Shown piece by piece: positions 19,824 to 29,815 of a stretch of 52,125 nt of DNA. The stretch is from Dehalococcoidia bacterium (GTDB lineage: Bacteria > Chloroflexota > Dehalococcoidia > Lucifugimonadales > UBA3495), in assembly GCA_030740155.1 (NCBI GenBank), contig JASLXV010000092.1, positions 1 through 52,125 of the forward strand, in the 5' to 3' direction. Position 1 is the stretch's first letter, and the number at the start of each line of letters is the position of its first letter. The notes under the pieces are model-generated. The model was not told the origin of the DNA, did not search any database, and was given only the letters and a program-made list of their open reading frames with translations. A program made the translations under genes and the position numbers.

Positions 19824-20852
19824 ATGGCTGAACGCCTAATCTCCGGGGATGCCCAGCCGGAGGACCAGGACCTGTCGCTGCGGCCCAAACGGCTGGACGA
19901 CTTCGTCGGGCAAGCCCACACCAAAGACAACCTCGGCATCGCCATCCAGGCGGCCAAGATTCGCGGCGAGCCCCTGGACCACGTCATGATCTACGGGCCG
20001 CCCGGCTTGGGCAAAACCACCCTGGCCCACATCATCGCCAACGAGGTGGAAGGCGCCATCAGGGTCACCTCCGGGCCGGCGATTGAGCGGGCCGGCGACA
20101 TGGCCGCCATCTTGACCAGCTTGCAGCCCGGCGAAGTGCTCTTCATCGACGAGGTACACCGGCTCAACCGGGTAGTGGAAGAAGTCATGTATTCAGCAAT
20201 GGAGGACTTCTTCCTGTCGTGGATGGTGGGAAAGGGGCTGGCGGCCCGCAACATCAACCTGCGAATCAACCCCTTCACCCTCATCGGCGCGACCACCCGG
20301 TTCTCCATGGTCAGCGCGCCGCTGCGGGACCGGTTCGGGTCGGTGTTTCGCCTGGAGTACTACGACCGGGATGACATGAAGGTGATCGTGAAGCGGTCGG
20401 CGCGAATCCTGGAGATGGACGCCGACCAGGAGGGCGTCGACGAGATTGCCTACCGCTCCCGGGGCACGCCGCGTATCGCCAACCGCCTGCTGAAGCGCAC
20501 CCGGGATTATGCCCTGGTGAAGGCTGACAACCGGGTGACCGGGCCCGTGGCCCGGGCCGCCCTGGACCAGTTGAACGTGGACAAGCTGGGGCTGGACCAG
20601 TCCGACCACCGGCTGTTGGAAAGCATAATCGACAAATTCGACGGCGGCCCGGTCGGTCTGGAAACGCTGGCCGCTTCCATCAACGAAGACGCCGATACCA
20701 TCATGGACGTCTGGGAGCCCTACCTGTTGCAGCTTGGGTTCCTGGAGCGCACCCCGCGGGGCCGGGTGGCCACCCGCCTGGCCCACGAATACCTGGGCCG
20801 CACCTACGCCCGGCCCGAGCCCCAAGACCAGGGCCGGCTAACCGGGTTCTGA
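19824..20852 (+). CDS. ruvB: Holliday junction branch migration helicase RuvB
   Basis: [44 protein letters not shown] and RTPRGR motifs. Confidence 0.98.
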   Translation: MAERLISGDAQPEDQDLSLRPKRLDDFVGQAHTKDNLGIAIQAAKIRGEPLDHVMIYGPPGLGKTTLAHIIANEVEGAIRVTSGPAIERAGDMAAILTSLQPGEVLFIDEVHRLNRVVEEVMYSAMEDFFLSWMVGKGLAARNINLRINPFTLIGATTRFSMVSAPLRDRFGSVFRLEYYDRDDMKVIVKRSARILEMDADQEGVDEIAYRSRGTPRIANRLLKRTRDYALVKADNRVTGPVARAALDQLNVDKLGLDQSDHRLLESIIDKFDGGPVGLETLAASINEDADTIMDVWEPYLLQLGFLERTPRGRVATRLAHEYLGRTYARPEPQDQGRLTGF

Positions 20853-20924
20853 GGTGGGGGGTGCCCCACCCTGGTGAAGAAGGCTGTTAACCTTTTCGAT
20901 GCGCCCTGAGAACCGGCGGGCAGA

Positions 20925-20969
20925 AACCCTCCAGTCGCCCCCCCCTTCGTAAACGGGGGTTGGGGGGGG
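20925..20969. repeat. REP-like C-rich/G-rich palindrome
   Basis: CCCCCCCCTTCGTAAACGGGGGTTGGGGGGG; similar G/C-run element at about 21835-21880. Confidence 0.45.
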
Positions 20970-21056
20970 TGAATTTTTCCCGTGTGGGTACGGGGATTTC
21001 GTGGCCTTTGGAAGGTCTTCTGAGTCTTCGTGTCGCTAATGTAGTGAATATACACG

Positions 21057-21794
21057 ATGAATGTCCTTGATGGCGTTAATCTGAAAATTGCACGGGCGAG
21101 GAAACATTTCGAAGACCTTGACCAGATGGTCAAGTCTTTCTTCAAAGTTAATCCCTACCGTATCACCCGAGAGTTCGACTCGGACAGAGGGCAGAACATC
21201 TTTCGGGTTACTGAAGAGCCGAAGGCAATCCCCCCTGACTGCGGTGTCATCGTTGGAGACATGGTCTATAACTTCCGGTCTGCTCTTGACATCCTTGCGA
21301 ACCGACTTGTGGAAGCTAATGGGGGCAAAGCAACTAGAACCACCGCTTTCCCTATCTTCCAGTCCCCGGACGGATGGAGAAGGAGAAGCGGTAACAAGGT
21401 TGCTGGCATGTATGCTGCCCATGTCGCACTCATCCGGTCTGAACAGCCGTGCTTTGCAAAGAATACCCACCGTGGGCAATTCCTCTGGTACCTCGAAGAC
21501 ATTTGCAACGGTGATAAGCACAGGAACGTGACTTTGGTGGCCGCCGCGAGCATCGGGGGAGGGATTGACCCTCCTTTCCCTGTCGGACATGACGAAGTCT
21601 TTTTCTACAACGGGCCCGTTGAAAAGGACACAATAATTTGCCGCGTCCCAGGTCCAGATACGGACGTCAATCTAGGTTATTTCCCAGACGTAGCTTTCGG
21701 CAGTCGAGGACCTGCTGCCGGTGTAAGCGTCGCGGAGTTTTACCACACGATAAACTACGTTGTTCCCGATATTGTTTCGAAGTATCATTTGTAG
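21057..21794 (+). CDS. hypothetical protein (possible HEPN-like helical domain), visibly lower GC than flanks
   Basis: 245-aa ORF; KIARARKHF, GDMVYNFRSALD and ICNGDKHR motifs. Confidence 0.7.
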   Translation: MNVLDGVNLKIARARKHFEDLDQMVKSFFKVNPYRITREFDSDRGQNIFRVTEEPKAIPPDCGVIVGDMVYNFRSALDILANRLVEANGGKATRTTAFPIFQSPDGWRRRSGNKVAGMYAAHVALIRSEQPCFAKNTHRGQFLWYLEDICNGDKHRNVTLVAAASIGGGIDPPFPVGHDEVFFYNGPVEKDTIICRVPGPDTDVNLGYFPDVAFGSRGPAAGVSVAEFYHTINYVVPDIVSKYHL

Positions 21795-21991
21795 AGAATC
21801 CACTACAATCAAAGCATAGTTACCATTCCAAAAGGTGGGCCGGGGGGGATTCCCCCCCCCAAATCCTCCCCCCCACCCCCAGTTGCTAGCCACCAGCCGA
21901 AGGACTAAAATAACCCTGTCCGCCCGCGACAGGGCACACCGAAGCAGCTATTTGATTTTCCTTTCCCGGCTCCTCGAAGAGTGATGCGGAG

Positions 21992-23236
21992 TTGAGAGTT
22001 CTGAAACCCAGGGAAGCGTCCCTTTCAGACATCGGTTTGCTACCTTCTCTGGACGACCTGCTGGCGGCAGCCGAGGAGGGCCACGCCCTCGGCGACGAGG
22101 AAGCCGGCAGCTTGGCCGCCACGGGCGATGACCGCCTGGGTGACCTGTGCGCCGCCGCCGCCCGCATGCGGGACCGGGGCAAGGGCAAGACCGTCACTTT
22201 CTCGCCCAAGGTGTTCATCCCGCTGACCCGTTTGTGCCGGGACTTTTGCGGGTACTGCACCTTCCGCCAGGACCCAATCTCAGCTCTGGGCAAGCTCTAC
22301 CTCACGCCTGAAGAGGTGCTGGAGGTGGCGCGGGCCGGAGAGAGGCTGGGGTGCACCGAGGCCCTTTTCACCATGGGCGAGCGCCCCGAGCAACGATACC
22401 CCGAGGCTGGTGACTGGCTGCGGAAACGGGGCTACGCCACCACCCTGCACTACCTGGCCGACGTGTGCCGGCTGGTCGTCGAAGAGACTTCGCTCCTTCC
22501 CCACGCCAATCCGGGGACCATGAGCCGCCGGGAGATGGCGGCCTTGCAGACCCACAACCCGTCGATGGGACTGATGCTGGAGAGTACGGGCAACGGTCTG
22601 TTCGCCCGTGGCGGGCCCCACGAGTTCGCCCCCAGCAAGCGGCCCAGGGTGCGGCTGCGCACCCTCGAAATCGCCGGCCAGTTGCGCGTTCCCTTTACGA
22701 CGGGTATCCTCATAGGCATAGGGGAAACACGCCACGACTGTATCGAATCCTTGCTGGCTATCCGGAGGCTGCATCGGGCCCATGGCCACATACAGGAAGT
22801 GATCGTTCAGAACTTCCGGGCCAAGCCCGATACCCCGATGGGAGATGCACCGGACGCCGCCACCGAGGACCTTCTCTGGTCGGTGGCGATGGCCCGGTTG
22901 GTGCTGGGGCCGGAAATGAACGTCCAGGTGCCGCCAAACCTGAGTGCCGGCGACTACCAGATCTTCCTGGATGCCGGGATCAACGACTGGGGCGGCGTTT
23001 CGCCGTTGACCATGGACTACGTGAATCCGGAGGCCCCCTGGCCCGGAATGGCCGATCTGCGGGACCGGACCCGGTCCATGGGGTTCGAGTTGCGGCCCAG
23101 GCTTCCGGTGTACCCGGAATACGTCCTGGAGCCGGACGGGTTCATACCCGCCGGCCTGCTGCCCAAGGTAGCGGCGCTGGCCGATGCCCAAGGATATGTA
23201 CGAGGTGGAATTCAGCGATATGCCGGGATTGAGTGA
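21992..23236 (+). CDS. cofG: FO synthase subunit 1 (radical SAM)
   Basis: TFSPKVFIPLTRLCRDFCGYC, EALFTMGERPE, LLPHANPG, QVPPNL and GINDWGGVSP motifs. Confidence 0.95.
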   Translation: MRVLKPREASLSDIGLLPSLDDLLAAAEEGHALGDEEAGSLAATGDDRLGDLCAAAARMRDRGKGKTVTFSPKVFIPLTRLCRDFCGYCTFRQDPISALGKLYLTPEEVLEVARAGERLGCTEALFTMGERPEQRYPEAGDWLRKRGYATTLHYLADVCRLVVEETSLLPHANPGTMSRREMAALQTHNPSMGLMLESTGNGLFARGGPHEFAPSKRPRVRLRTLEIAGQLRVPFTTGILIGIGETRHDCIESLLAIRRLHRAHGHIQEVIVQNFRAKPDTPMGDAPDAATEDLLWSVAMARLVLGPEMNVQVPPNLSAGDYQIFLDAGINDWGGVSPLTMDYVNPEAPWPGMADLRDRTRSMGFELRPRLPVYPEYVLEPDGFIPAGLLPKVAALADAQGYVRGGIQRYAGIE

Positions 23237-24557
23237 GGAAAGGCCCAGAGCCGGCGATCTAGCGTCTCTGGTCTCCCTGCTGGACCCTCGGGTTGCCGGG
23301 GTGTTGGACCAGGCCCTGGAGGGAAAAGACATCTCCGCCGAGGATGCCGTGACCCTCTTGGATTCGTCTGGCCTGGAGTACTCCGCCACGGTGATGGTGG
23401 CCGACGAGCTGCGCCGCCGCACCGTGGGGGACGTGGCGACCTACGTGGTCAACCGCAACATCAACTTCACCAACGTATGCATTAAACGTTGTGGCTTTTG
23501 CGCCTTCAGCCGGGACTTCCGGGAAGAGGAGGGCTACTTCCTGCCGGTGGACGAGATTATCCGCCGGGCCAAGGAGGCGTGGGACTACGGAGCCACCGAG
23601 CTGTGCCTCCAGGCCGGGCTCCCTCCCCAAATGGAAGGGGACCTGTACCTCCGGCTCTGCGAGGCCATCAAGCGGGAGCTTCCGGATATTCACATCCACG
23701 GCTTCTCTCCCGAGGAGGTGCTCTACGGCGCGGTCCGCTCCCGCTGCGATATCCGGGAGTACCTGCGGTCGCTGAAGGCCGCCGGCGTGGACAGCCTGCC
23801 TGGCACCTCCGCCGAAATCCTCGACCAGGAGCTGCGCGACCGGATATCGCCGGGCCGGATTCGGGTGGAGCAATGGGTCGAGGTGATCACCACGGCCCAT
23901 GAATTGGGTATACCCACCACCTCCACTGTCATGTTCGGGCACCTGGAGACCAGCGAGCACCTCGCCCGGCATATCGGCTTGCTGCGAGACATCCAGCAGC
24001 GCACCGGCGGGATCACCGAGTTCGTTCCCCTCTCCTTCGTGAGTTCCGAGGCCCCGATGTCCTGGAAGGGACTGGTGGCCGGAATCAGGCCCGGTCCCAC
24101 CGGCATGGAGGTCGTGAAGGTCCACGCCGTGGCCCGGATCATGCTGAACAACTGGATCCCCAACATCCAGGCCTCCTGGGTGAAGGAAGGGTCGCGCATG
24201 TCCCAGTTGTTGCTGACGGCCGGTGTGAACGACTTAGGCGGAACCCTGATCAACGAGAGCATCTCCACCTCCGCCGGCGCCCAGCACGGGCAGTTGATGC
24301 GCCCGTCCCAGTTCCGGCAGATGATCCGCGAGGCCGGGCGCGTTCCGGCCGAACGCTACACCACCTACCGGGTCCGGCGCGTGTACGGCGACGCCGACCA
24401 GGAGCTGGACCCCCTGGACCTGGTGGGCGAAAACGTGGAAGAGGTATTCGGGTCTTACCAACGGCTGCTCAAGCTGGGTTCCTTCCGCTTCGAGCACCCT
24501 AAACAGTCTCGGGAAGGCGGCGTCGAGGCCGGCAGGGCCTCGGCACCCGCTAGGTAG
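23184..24557 (+). CDS. cofH: FO synthase subunit 2 (radical SAM)
   Basis: YVVNRNINFTNVCIKRCGFCAF, PGTSAEIL, NIQASWVK and NDLGGTLINESIS..AG motifs. Confidence 0.95.
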   Translation: MPKDMYEVEFSDMPGLSEERPRAGDLASLVSLLDPRVAGVLDQALEGKDISAEDAVTLLDSSGLEYSATVMVADELRRRTVGDVATYVVNRNINFTNVCIKRCGFCAFSRDFREEEGYFLPVDEIIRRAKEAWDYGATELCLQAGLPPQMEGDLYLRLCEAIKRELPDIHIHGFSPEEVLYGAVRSRCDIREYLRSLKAAGVDSLPGTSAEILDQELRDRISPGRIRVEQWVEVITTAHELGIPTTSTVMFGHLETSEHLARHIGLLRDIQQRTGGITEFVPLSFVSSEAPMSWKGLVAGIRPGPTGMEVVKVHAVARIMLNNWIPNIQASWVKEGSRMSQLLLTAGVNDLGGTLINESISTSAGAQHGQLMRPSQFRQMIREAGRVPAERYTTYRVRRVYGDADQELDPLDLVGENVEEVFGSYQRLLKLGSFRFEHPKQSREGGVEAGRASAPAR

Positions 24558-24692
24558 CCGGAGTTTGGTTTCTCTTTCGGGTGGGACCGTGGAACTGTCC
24601 CGGCGTCTTCCGCTCAACGGCCGAACCCTGGGACTGTGCCGGGCGTCGAACCCGTCGTGCTGCTGCCACCGGGTTCGGACATCGCCGGCCCG

Positions 24693-25628
24693 ATGAACGA
24701 CACGATCCTGGCACTGGCCGGTGGAGTGGGCGGCGCCAAGCTGGCGCTGGGCCTGGCCCGAGTCGTACCCCCCGGCCGGCTGGTTATCTGCGTCAACACG
24801 GGGGACGACGAGATTTTCCACGGGCTCCACGTATGCCCGGACCTGGATACGGTGATGTACACCCTGGCGGGCCTGGCCAACCACCAGACCGGCTGGGGGC
24901 TGGAAGGGGATACCTTCAACACCCTGGGTATGTTGCGCGAGTACGGGGCCGACGCGTGGTTTAATCTGGGCGACCAGGACCTGGCGACCCATATCCAGCG
25001 TACCGATCTCCTTCGCCGAGGCGCTACCCTGTCGGAGGCCACGGCGGACCTGTGCCGGCATCTTGGTATAGCCCACCAGGTGGTACCGATGAGCGACGAC
25101 CCGGTCCGGACGGTACTGAGCACCGACGAAGGGGAGCTGCCCATGCAAAGCTACTTCGTCCGGCGGCGGGCCGAGCCACGGGTCCGCGAAATCAGGTATG
25201 ATGGAGCGGAATCGGCGCGGCCGTCCCCCGTTCTGGAGGCGGCCCTGGAGCAGGCCCGGTTGATCGTGCTTTGCCCCTCCAACCCTTTCCTCAGCCTGGG
25301 GCCCGTCCTGGCCCTTTCCGGCGTACGGGAGCGGCTGGAGAACGCGAAGGGACTCAGGGTGGCGGTCAGCCCCATCGTCGGAGGCGCGGCGGTCCGAGGC
25401 CCGGCCGCCAAGATCATGGCTGAGCTGGGCCAAGAGGTCTCCTCCGTGGGGGTTGCCCGGCAGTACCGGGGGCTGTGCGACCTGTTTTTGATCGATGACC
25501 GGGACGCCCACCTTGGCCCGGCCATCGCGGAGCTGGGGATCGGGCCGGTGACCGCATCGATAATCATGAACAATGAGGCGGATAAAGTGGCAATGGCGGA
25601 GCGTGTTCTGGCGCTGAGAGCTGGTTGA
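24693..25628 (+). CDS. cofD: 2-phospho-L-lactate transferase
   Basis: LAGGVGGAKL, VNTGDD, CPDLDTVMYTLAG, WFNLGDQD, PSNPFLS and VSPIVGG..VRGPA motifs. Confidence 0.95.
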   Translation: MNDTILALAGGVGGAKLALGLARVVPPGRLVICVNTGDDEIFHGLHVCPDLDTVMYTLAGLANHQTGWGLEGDTFNTLGMLREYGADAWFNLGDQDLATHIQRTDLLRRGATLSEATADLCRHLGIAHQVVPMSDDPVRTVLSTDEGELPMQSYFVRRRAEPRVREIRYDGAESARPSPVLEAALEQARLIVLCPSNPFLSLGPVLALSGVRERLENAKGLRVAVSPIVGGAAVRGPAAKIMAELGQEVSSVGVARQYRGLCDLFLIDDRDAHLGPAIAELGIGPVTASIIMNNEADKVAMAERVLALRAG

Positions 25629-25632
25629 GCCG

Positions 25633-26301
25633 ATGGATGAGCCGAAGATAGAAGAATCCCCGAGCGTTATCGCCATCATCCCGATGAAGCCCTTGGTAGA
25701 GAGCAAGACCCGGCTGAACCGCAGTTTCACCCGGGAGCAGCGGGCCGACCTGGCCTTGGGCATGCTGGCCCGGGTGATCAGCGCCGTTCGAGGTGCGGCA
25801 GTGGGCTTGTTCTGGGTGGTGGGAGGCGACGAACGGGTGCGAAACCTGACCCGAAACTCCGACGGTGTATGGCTGGAGGATATGGGCCGCAACCTCAACG
25901 ATACTCTGGCTCAATCCTTCGACCGGGCCTTCAAGCAGGGCCATTCGGCGATGTACCTGGCGGCGGATTTGCCGTTCCTCAAAACCAGTGACGTGCACAG
26001 TGTGCTTCAAGCCTCCCGGCGGCAGAACAACATCTGCCTTGCCCCCGCCCGAAGAGACGAGGGGACCAACGCCATCCTGGTCCCCGCCGGTACGCCCTTC
26101 CTGCCGGAGTTGGGCCCTCTCAGCTTCATCAGGCACCTGTCCCAGGCCGCCAAGCTCGGTGTGTCCGTTGCCATCTGCTACAGTCCGGGCCTGGGTTTTG
26201 ACCTGGACACCCCCAGCGACCTGGAGACCTATGAACTCATGGAGCCGGGGTTGCTGGATCGGCTGGTGCCGAAGCGGTCGAAATTGCCCCCGGCGGGATA
26301 G
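25633..26301 (+). CDS. cofC: 2-phospho-L-lactate/PEP guanylyltransferase
   Basis: IIPMK..SKTRL, ADLP, GTNA and DLDTPSDL motifs; follows cofD. Confidence 0.92.
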   Translation: MDEPKIEESPSVIAIIPMKPLVESKTRLNRSFTREQRADLALGMLARVISAVRGAAVGLFWVVGGDERVRNLTRNSDGVWLEDMGRNLNDTLAQSFDRAFKQGHSAMYLAADLPFLKTSDVHSVLQASRRQNNICLAPARRDEGTNAILVPAGTPFLPELGPLSFIRHLSQAAKLGVSVAICYSPGLGFDLDTPSDLETYELMEPGLLDRLVPKRSKLPPAG

Positions 26302-26507
26302 GACGTCCCCCGATGGCAACGGGAAGGCGAAAGAGGAGCGGGGCAGGCGTCCCGGCGGGGTATCGGATCCGACGTTCGGTGGAGGCGATCCCCGGCCCTT
26401 CGACAAGCTTGTAGGCCGGAGGGACCACGGCTTCTCCCCGCTCGCGGTGAGCCCGCCGGAGCGCGGCGCCGGTTATCAGATGGCTCTTATTCAAAAAGGA
26501 GGTTGGC

Positions 26508-27473
26508 ATGTCCTCTCCCAAAGTAAAAATCGGAGTGCAGTTGCCCAGCCGGGACTTCCTGCTGGGAGACCGCCCTCCAACCAACGCTGACCAGGTCATG
26601 GAGATGGCCGAGCGGGTGGAAGCCGCCGGGTTGGATTCGGTGTGGGTGGGCGACAGCCTAACGTCCAAGCCCCGGCTGGAGCCCCTGGCCGCCCTGGCGG
26701 CGGTGGCGGCCCGGACGAAGAAGGTCCGGCTGGGAACCGCGGTCATGCTGGCGGGTTTGCGCCACCCGGTCCTGCTGGCTCAGACCATGGCTACCGTTGA
26801 CCTGATCTCCCGGGGGCGCCTGGTGCTCGGCGCCAGCGTCGGCGGCGCCTTCAACGAGGAGCAAAAGCAAGAATGGGGGCACGCCGGGGTGGTCCCGGCC
26901 CAACGAGCCCGGCGGCTCGAGGAAGTGGTGCAGATCGTAAAGGGATTGGGGTCGGGTAAGCCGCTGACCTTCTCCGGCAAGCATTTCAACCTGGATGAAG
27001 TGTCGTTGGGGCCGCTGCCGGTCCAGCCCGGCGGGATCCCCATCCTGTTGGCGTGCCACTGGCGGGCGCGTCAGGACAGACAGATGGCGCGGACGGCGAA
27101 GCTGGGAGACGGGTTGATCTCGATATCGGACACCCCCGAGGAGTATTCCCAATTGCTGGAGCGGGTCCGCGGGATGGCGGATGGCCTGGGCCGGGACATG
27201 GCGCGGTTTGAAACAGTCTTCTACCTGACGGTCAATATGGGTAGCGACCTCGCCAAAGCCGAGGCGGAGTCCGAGAAATTCCTCATGGGTTACTATGGGG
27301 CCAACATCTGGGGGTGGCGGTGGGGGCCCTTCGGAGACCCGGAGAAAGTCAAAGCTCGGATGGCCGAGTACATCGAGGCGGGGGCCCAAACCGTGATAGT
27401 GCGATTCGCCTCCTTCGATCTGGAGCGGCAATTGGATATTTTCCTGGACAAGGTTGCTCCGGCCTTCTCCTGA
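26508..27473 (+). CDS. LLM-class (luciferase-like) flavin/F420-dependent oxidoreductase
   Basis: AGLDSVWVGDS, RLGTAV, RHPVLLAQ..ATVDLISRGRL and FSGKHF motifs. Confidence 0.9.
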   Translation: MSSPKVKIGVQLPSRDFLLGDRPPTNADQVMEMAERVEAAGLDSVWVGDSLTSKPRLEPLAALAAVAARTKKVRLGTAVMLAGLRHPVLLAQTMATVDLISRGRLVLGASVGGAFNEEQKQEWGHAGVVPAQRARRLEEVVQIVKGLGSGKPLTFSGKHFNLDEVSLGPLPVQPGGIPILLACHWRARQDRQMARTAKLGDGLISISDTPEEYSQLLERVRGMADGLGRDMARFETVFYLTVNMGSDLAKAEAESEKFLMGYYGANIWGWRWGPFGDPEKVKARMAEYIEAGAQTVIVRFASFDLERQLDIFLDKVAPAFS

Positions 27474-27481
27474 TGCGAAGT

Positions 27482-27521
27482 GCCCGATTCGCCCGATTCG
27501 CCCGGTTTGCCCGGTTTGCCC
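27482..27521. repeat. 9-bp tandem repeat, about 4.4 copies
   Basis: GCCCGATTC GCCCGATTC GCCCGGTTT GCCCGGTTT GCCC. Confidence 0.8.
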
Positions 27522-27540
27522 AGTATGGAGGTTATGACCG

Positions 27541-28314
27541 TTGTATCCGATAGACTTGTCAGGCAAGAAAGGCATCATCTTTGGCGTGGCCAACGACCGG
27601 AGTATCGCCTGGGCAATCGCGAACATCTTGAGCCAGGCCGGCGCCCGGCTGGCCCTCACTTATCAAGGTGACCGGCTGATGGACCGCGTATCCCGGCTGG
27701 CGGAATCGATGGACGGGGCCCTGGTCCTCCCCTGTGACGCTGCTGATGACGATCAGATAGCCGAGGTGTTCCGCCGGGTGAAGGAATCGTTTGGCGATAT
27801 CTCATTTCTGGTCCACAGTATCGCCTTCGCCAACCGGGAGGACCTGGAAGGCCGCTTCTCCGAAACCGGCCGCGAAGGGTTTCGGGTCGCCCTCGAGATC
27901 AGCGCCTACTCCCTGCTTCCCATGGTGAAATACGCGGCCCCTCTCATGGTGGATGGCGGCAGCGTGGTGACCATGACGTTCCAGGCTTCTCAGAGGGTCT
28001 ACCCCGGATACAACGTGATGGGGACGGCTAAAGCGGCGCTGGAGCACGAGGTCCGCCAGTTGGCCGCCGAGTTCGGCGAGCAGAACATCCGCCTGAATGC
28101 CATCTCCGCCGGCCCCCTGGAGACCCTGGCCGCCCGGGGGATCAGCGGCTTCAGGGATATGCGGCGGACCCACGCCGACAAGGCTGCGATGAAGCGGAAC
28201 ATCAGCAGCGACGAGGTGGCAAAGACCGCGTTGTTTCTGTGCAGCGACCTTTCCAGCGGGATCACGGGCTCGGTGATACCGGTGGATGCCGGCTACCACA
28301 TCATGGCGGTCTGA
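27541..28314 (+). CDS. fabI: enoyl-ACP reductase FabI
   Basis: GVANDRSIAWAIA, VHSIAFA, ISAYSL, YNVMGTAKAALE, NAISAGP and VDAGYH motifs. Confidence 0.95.
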   Translation: MYPIDLSGKKGIIFGVANDRSIAWAIANILSQAGARLALTYQGDRLMDRVSRLAESMDGALVLPCDAADDDQIAEVFRRVKESFGDISFLVHSIAFANREDLEGRFSETGREGFRVALEISAYSLLPMVKYAAPLMVDGGSVVTMTFQASQRVYPGYNVMGTAKAALEHEVRQLAAEFGEQNIRLNAISAGPLETLAARGISGFRDMRRTHADKAAMKRNISSDEVAKTALFLCSDLSSGITGSVIPVDAGYHIMAV

Positions 28315-28437
28315 GCGCCGAGCCCGTAGCCCGCTCTCCGGAGAGGACTGGAGAGCGCCGCGGGTGACCTGGGGATCGGGCCGGCCCGCGTGGATGGCGG
28401 CCGGAAAACGAAACGGTTTGGTTTCCCTGGCGGAGAG

Positions 28438-28581
28438 GGCTTTGCCTCAAAACTGTCATTCCGAGGAGCGAAGCGACGAGGAGCCTGGTTCGGGGTTCCC
28501 CCATAAGAGCCTGGACCCACCACACCAGGCCCCTCGCTTCACTCGGGGTGACATTGTCCGGAGTACTTTTGGGGTAAGGCC
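28438..28581. mobile_element. MITE-like element, family A, copy 2, containing a GTCATTCCGAGGAGCGAAGCGACGAGG REP pair
   Basis: TIRs GGCTTTGCCTCAAAA / TTTTGGGGTAAGGCC; flanks GCGGAGAG and GTGGAGAG (near-perfect 8-bp direct repeat). Confidence 0.75.
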
Positions 28582-28606
28582 GTGGAGAGGAGTGCCGGCA
28601 GGGTCG

Positions 28607-29335
28607 CTAGCCGGTCGACGACCTGGCGTCCAGGGCGTCCAACTGGCGGCGGTCTTCCGCTGCTTCCTTGCCCCGGCCCAGCCGGGCGTAAGCCTCGGCC
28701 CGGCGGGCCCATGCCTGGGTGTAGTTCGGGTCCAGCGCGATGGCCTTGGTGAACTGGTCTATGGACTCCTGAGTCCGGCCTTGATTGAACAGCCGCACTC
28801 CCCGCTCCGTCAGGCTGTTCGCGGTGGGAACTCCGTAGGGGACCGGCGCCTTGACGGCCGGCTCGTCCGGGGGCAAGGCTTCCTGGTCGGTCGAAATCGG
28901 CGCGGCTGCCGGTTGGGCCTCAATGCTTGGTGTTGGCGCGGCCGGGTCCGGGACTTCCAGGGACGCCGATTCCGCAAAAACGGCGGGGCTCACCGGTTTC
29001 TCGGCTTCGGCGACGCTAACTTCGGGATAAGGCGTGGCCAATTCCCAGCCGCAGTTGGTGCAGAACTTGGGACTCCGGGTCTGGGGGTCCTCGCACTTCG
29101 GGCAGGTACGCGGCGCCGGCCTGGCCCGGCTCATCGGGTTCTTATGAAGCATGAGGATAACCATGGGGACTATGCCCAGCAGGTCAGGTATAGCCAGCAG
29201 GTCCAAGTTCGAGACAAGTAGCAGCAAGCACGCGGCTCCGGCCCATACCCAGGGGCTCCGCCCTTTGGACCGGGCCACCCGGGCCGTCCAGAGCACCACC
29301 AGTGCCAGAGACAGGTATAGTAAGAATGAAACCAC
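28607..29335 (-). CDS. membrane protein with zinc ribbon and C-terminal TPR repeats
   Basis: N-terminal TM helices, CPKC..CTNCG, Pro/Ala-rich linker, TPR motif ERGVRLF..FTKAIALDPNYTQAWARRAEAY. Confidence 0.8.
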   Translation of the reverse strand: MVSFLLYLSLALVVLWTARVARSKGRSPWVWAGAACLLLLVSNLDLLAIPDLLGIVPMVILMLHKNPMSRARPAPRTCPKCEDPQTRSPKFCTNCGWELATPYPEVSVAEAEKPVSPAVFAESASLEVPDPAAPTPSIEAQPAAAPISTDQEALPPDEPAVKAPVPYGVPTANSLTERGVRLFNQGRTQESIDQFTKAIALDPNYTQAWARRAEAYARLGRGKEAAEDRRQLDALDARSSTG

Positions 29336-29655
29336 GGCGGCTTCCCCAAGTCCTCGGCGCCTCGAAACTAAACGCCGGTGACCCTCGAACAAGGCTCATA
29401 CCAAGAGATTCAGTATACTTGAATATACACCTATCCAGGGTCTGGCGACAATGGTTCCCCAGCCGGAGGTAGCCGATTTGCGCGCGGATGGCGCCGCGCC
29501 CGGCCCCCGGCGCCGGCCTTGCCTGGCGGCCTTCCGGCCAATGGCGATGCCCCCGCCAGGATTTAACATAACATTCGAGGGATTACCTGCCAGAATAGAC
29601 TGCTAGAGTAGTTGAAGAGGTTAGTATTAACGTTATCAGTAATAGATACGCATAT

Positions 29656-29684
29656 TTGACAAGGTAAAGTGATGGTGCTAAAAT
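29656..29684 (+). promoter_or_regulatory. sigma70 promoter of fbp
   Basis: TTGACA-N17-TAAAAT with extended TGn, in an AT-rich tract. Confidence 0.75.
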
Positions 29685-29815
29685 AATTACGTTCGATTTC
29701 CAGCGGTATTGCCGCCACCGCACTTTGACCTGCCTTTAACCTGCCCCTTTGTCCGGAGCCCACCCGCGAAAGGTGCGTCGCCAATCCATATTGTCGGACA
29801 TAGCAAGGAGAAAAC

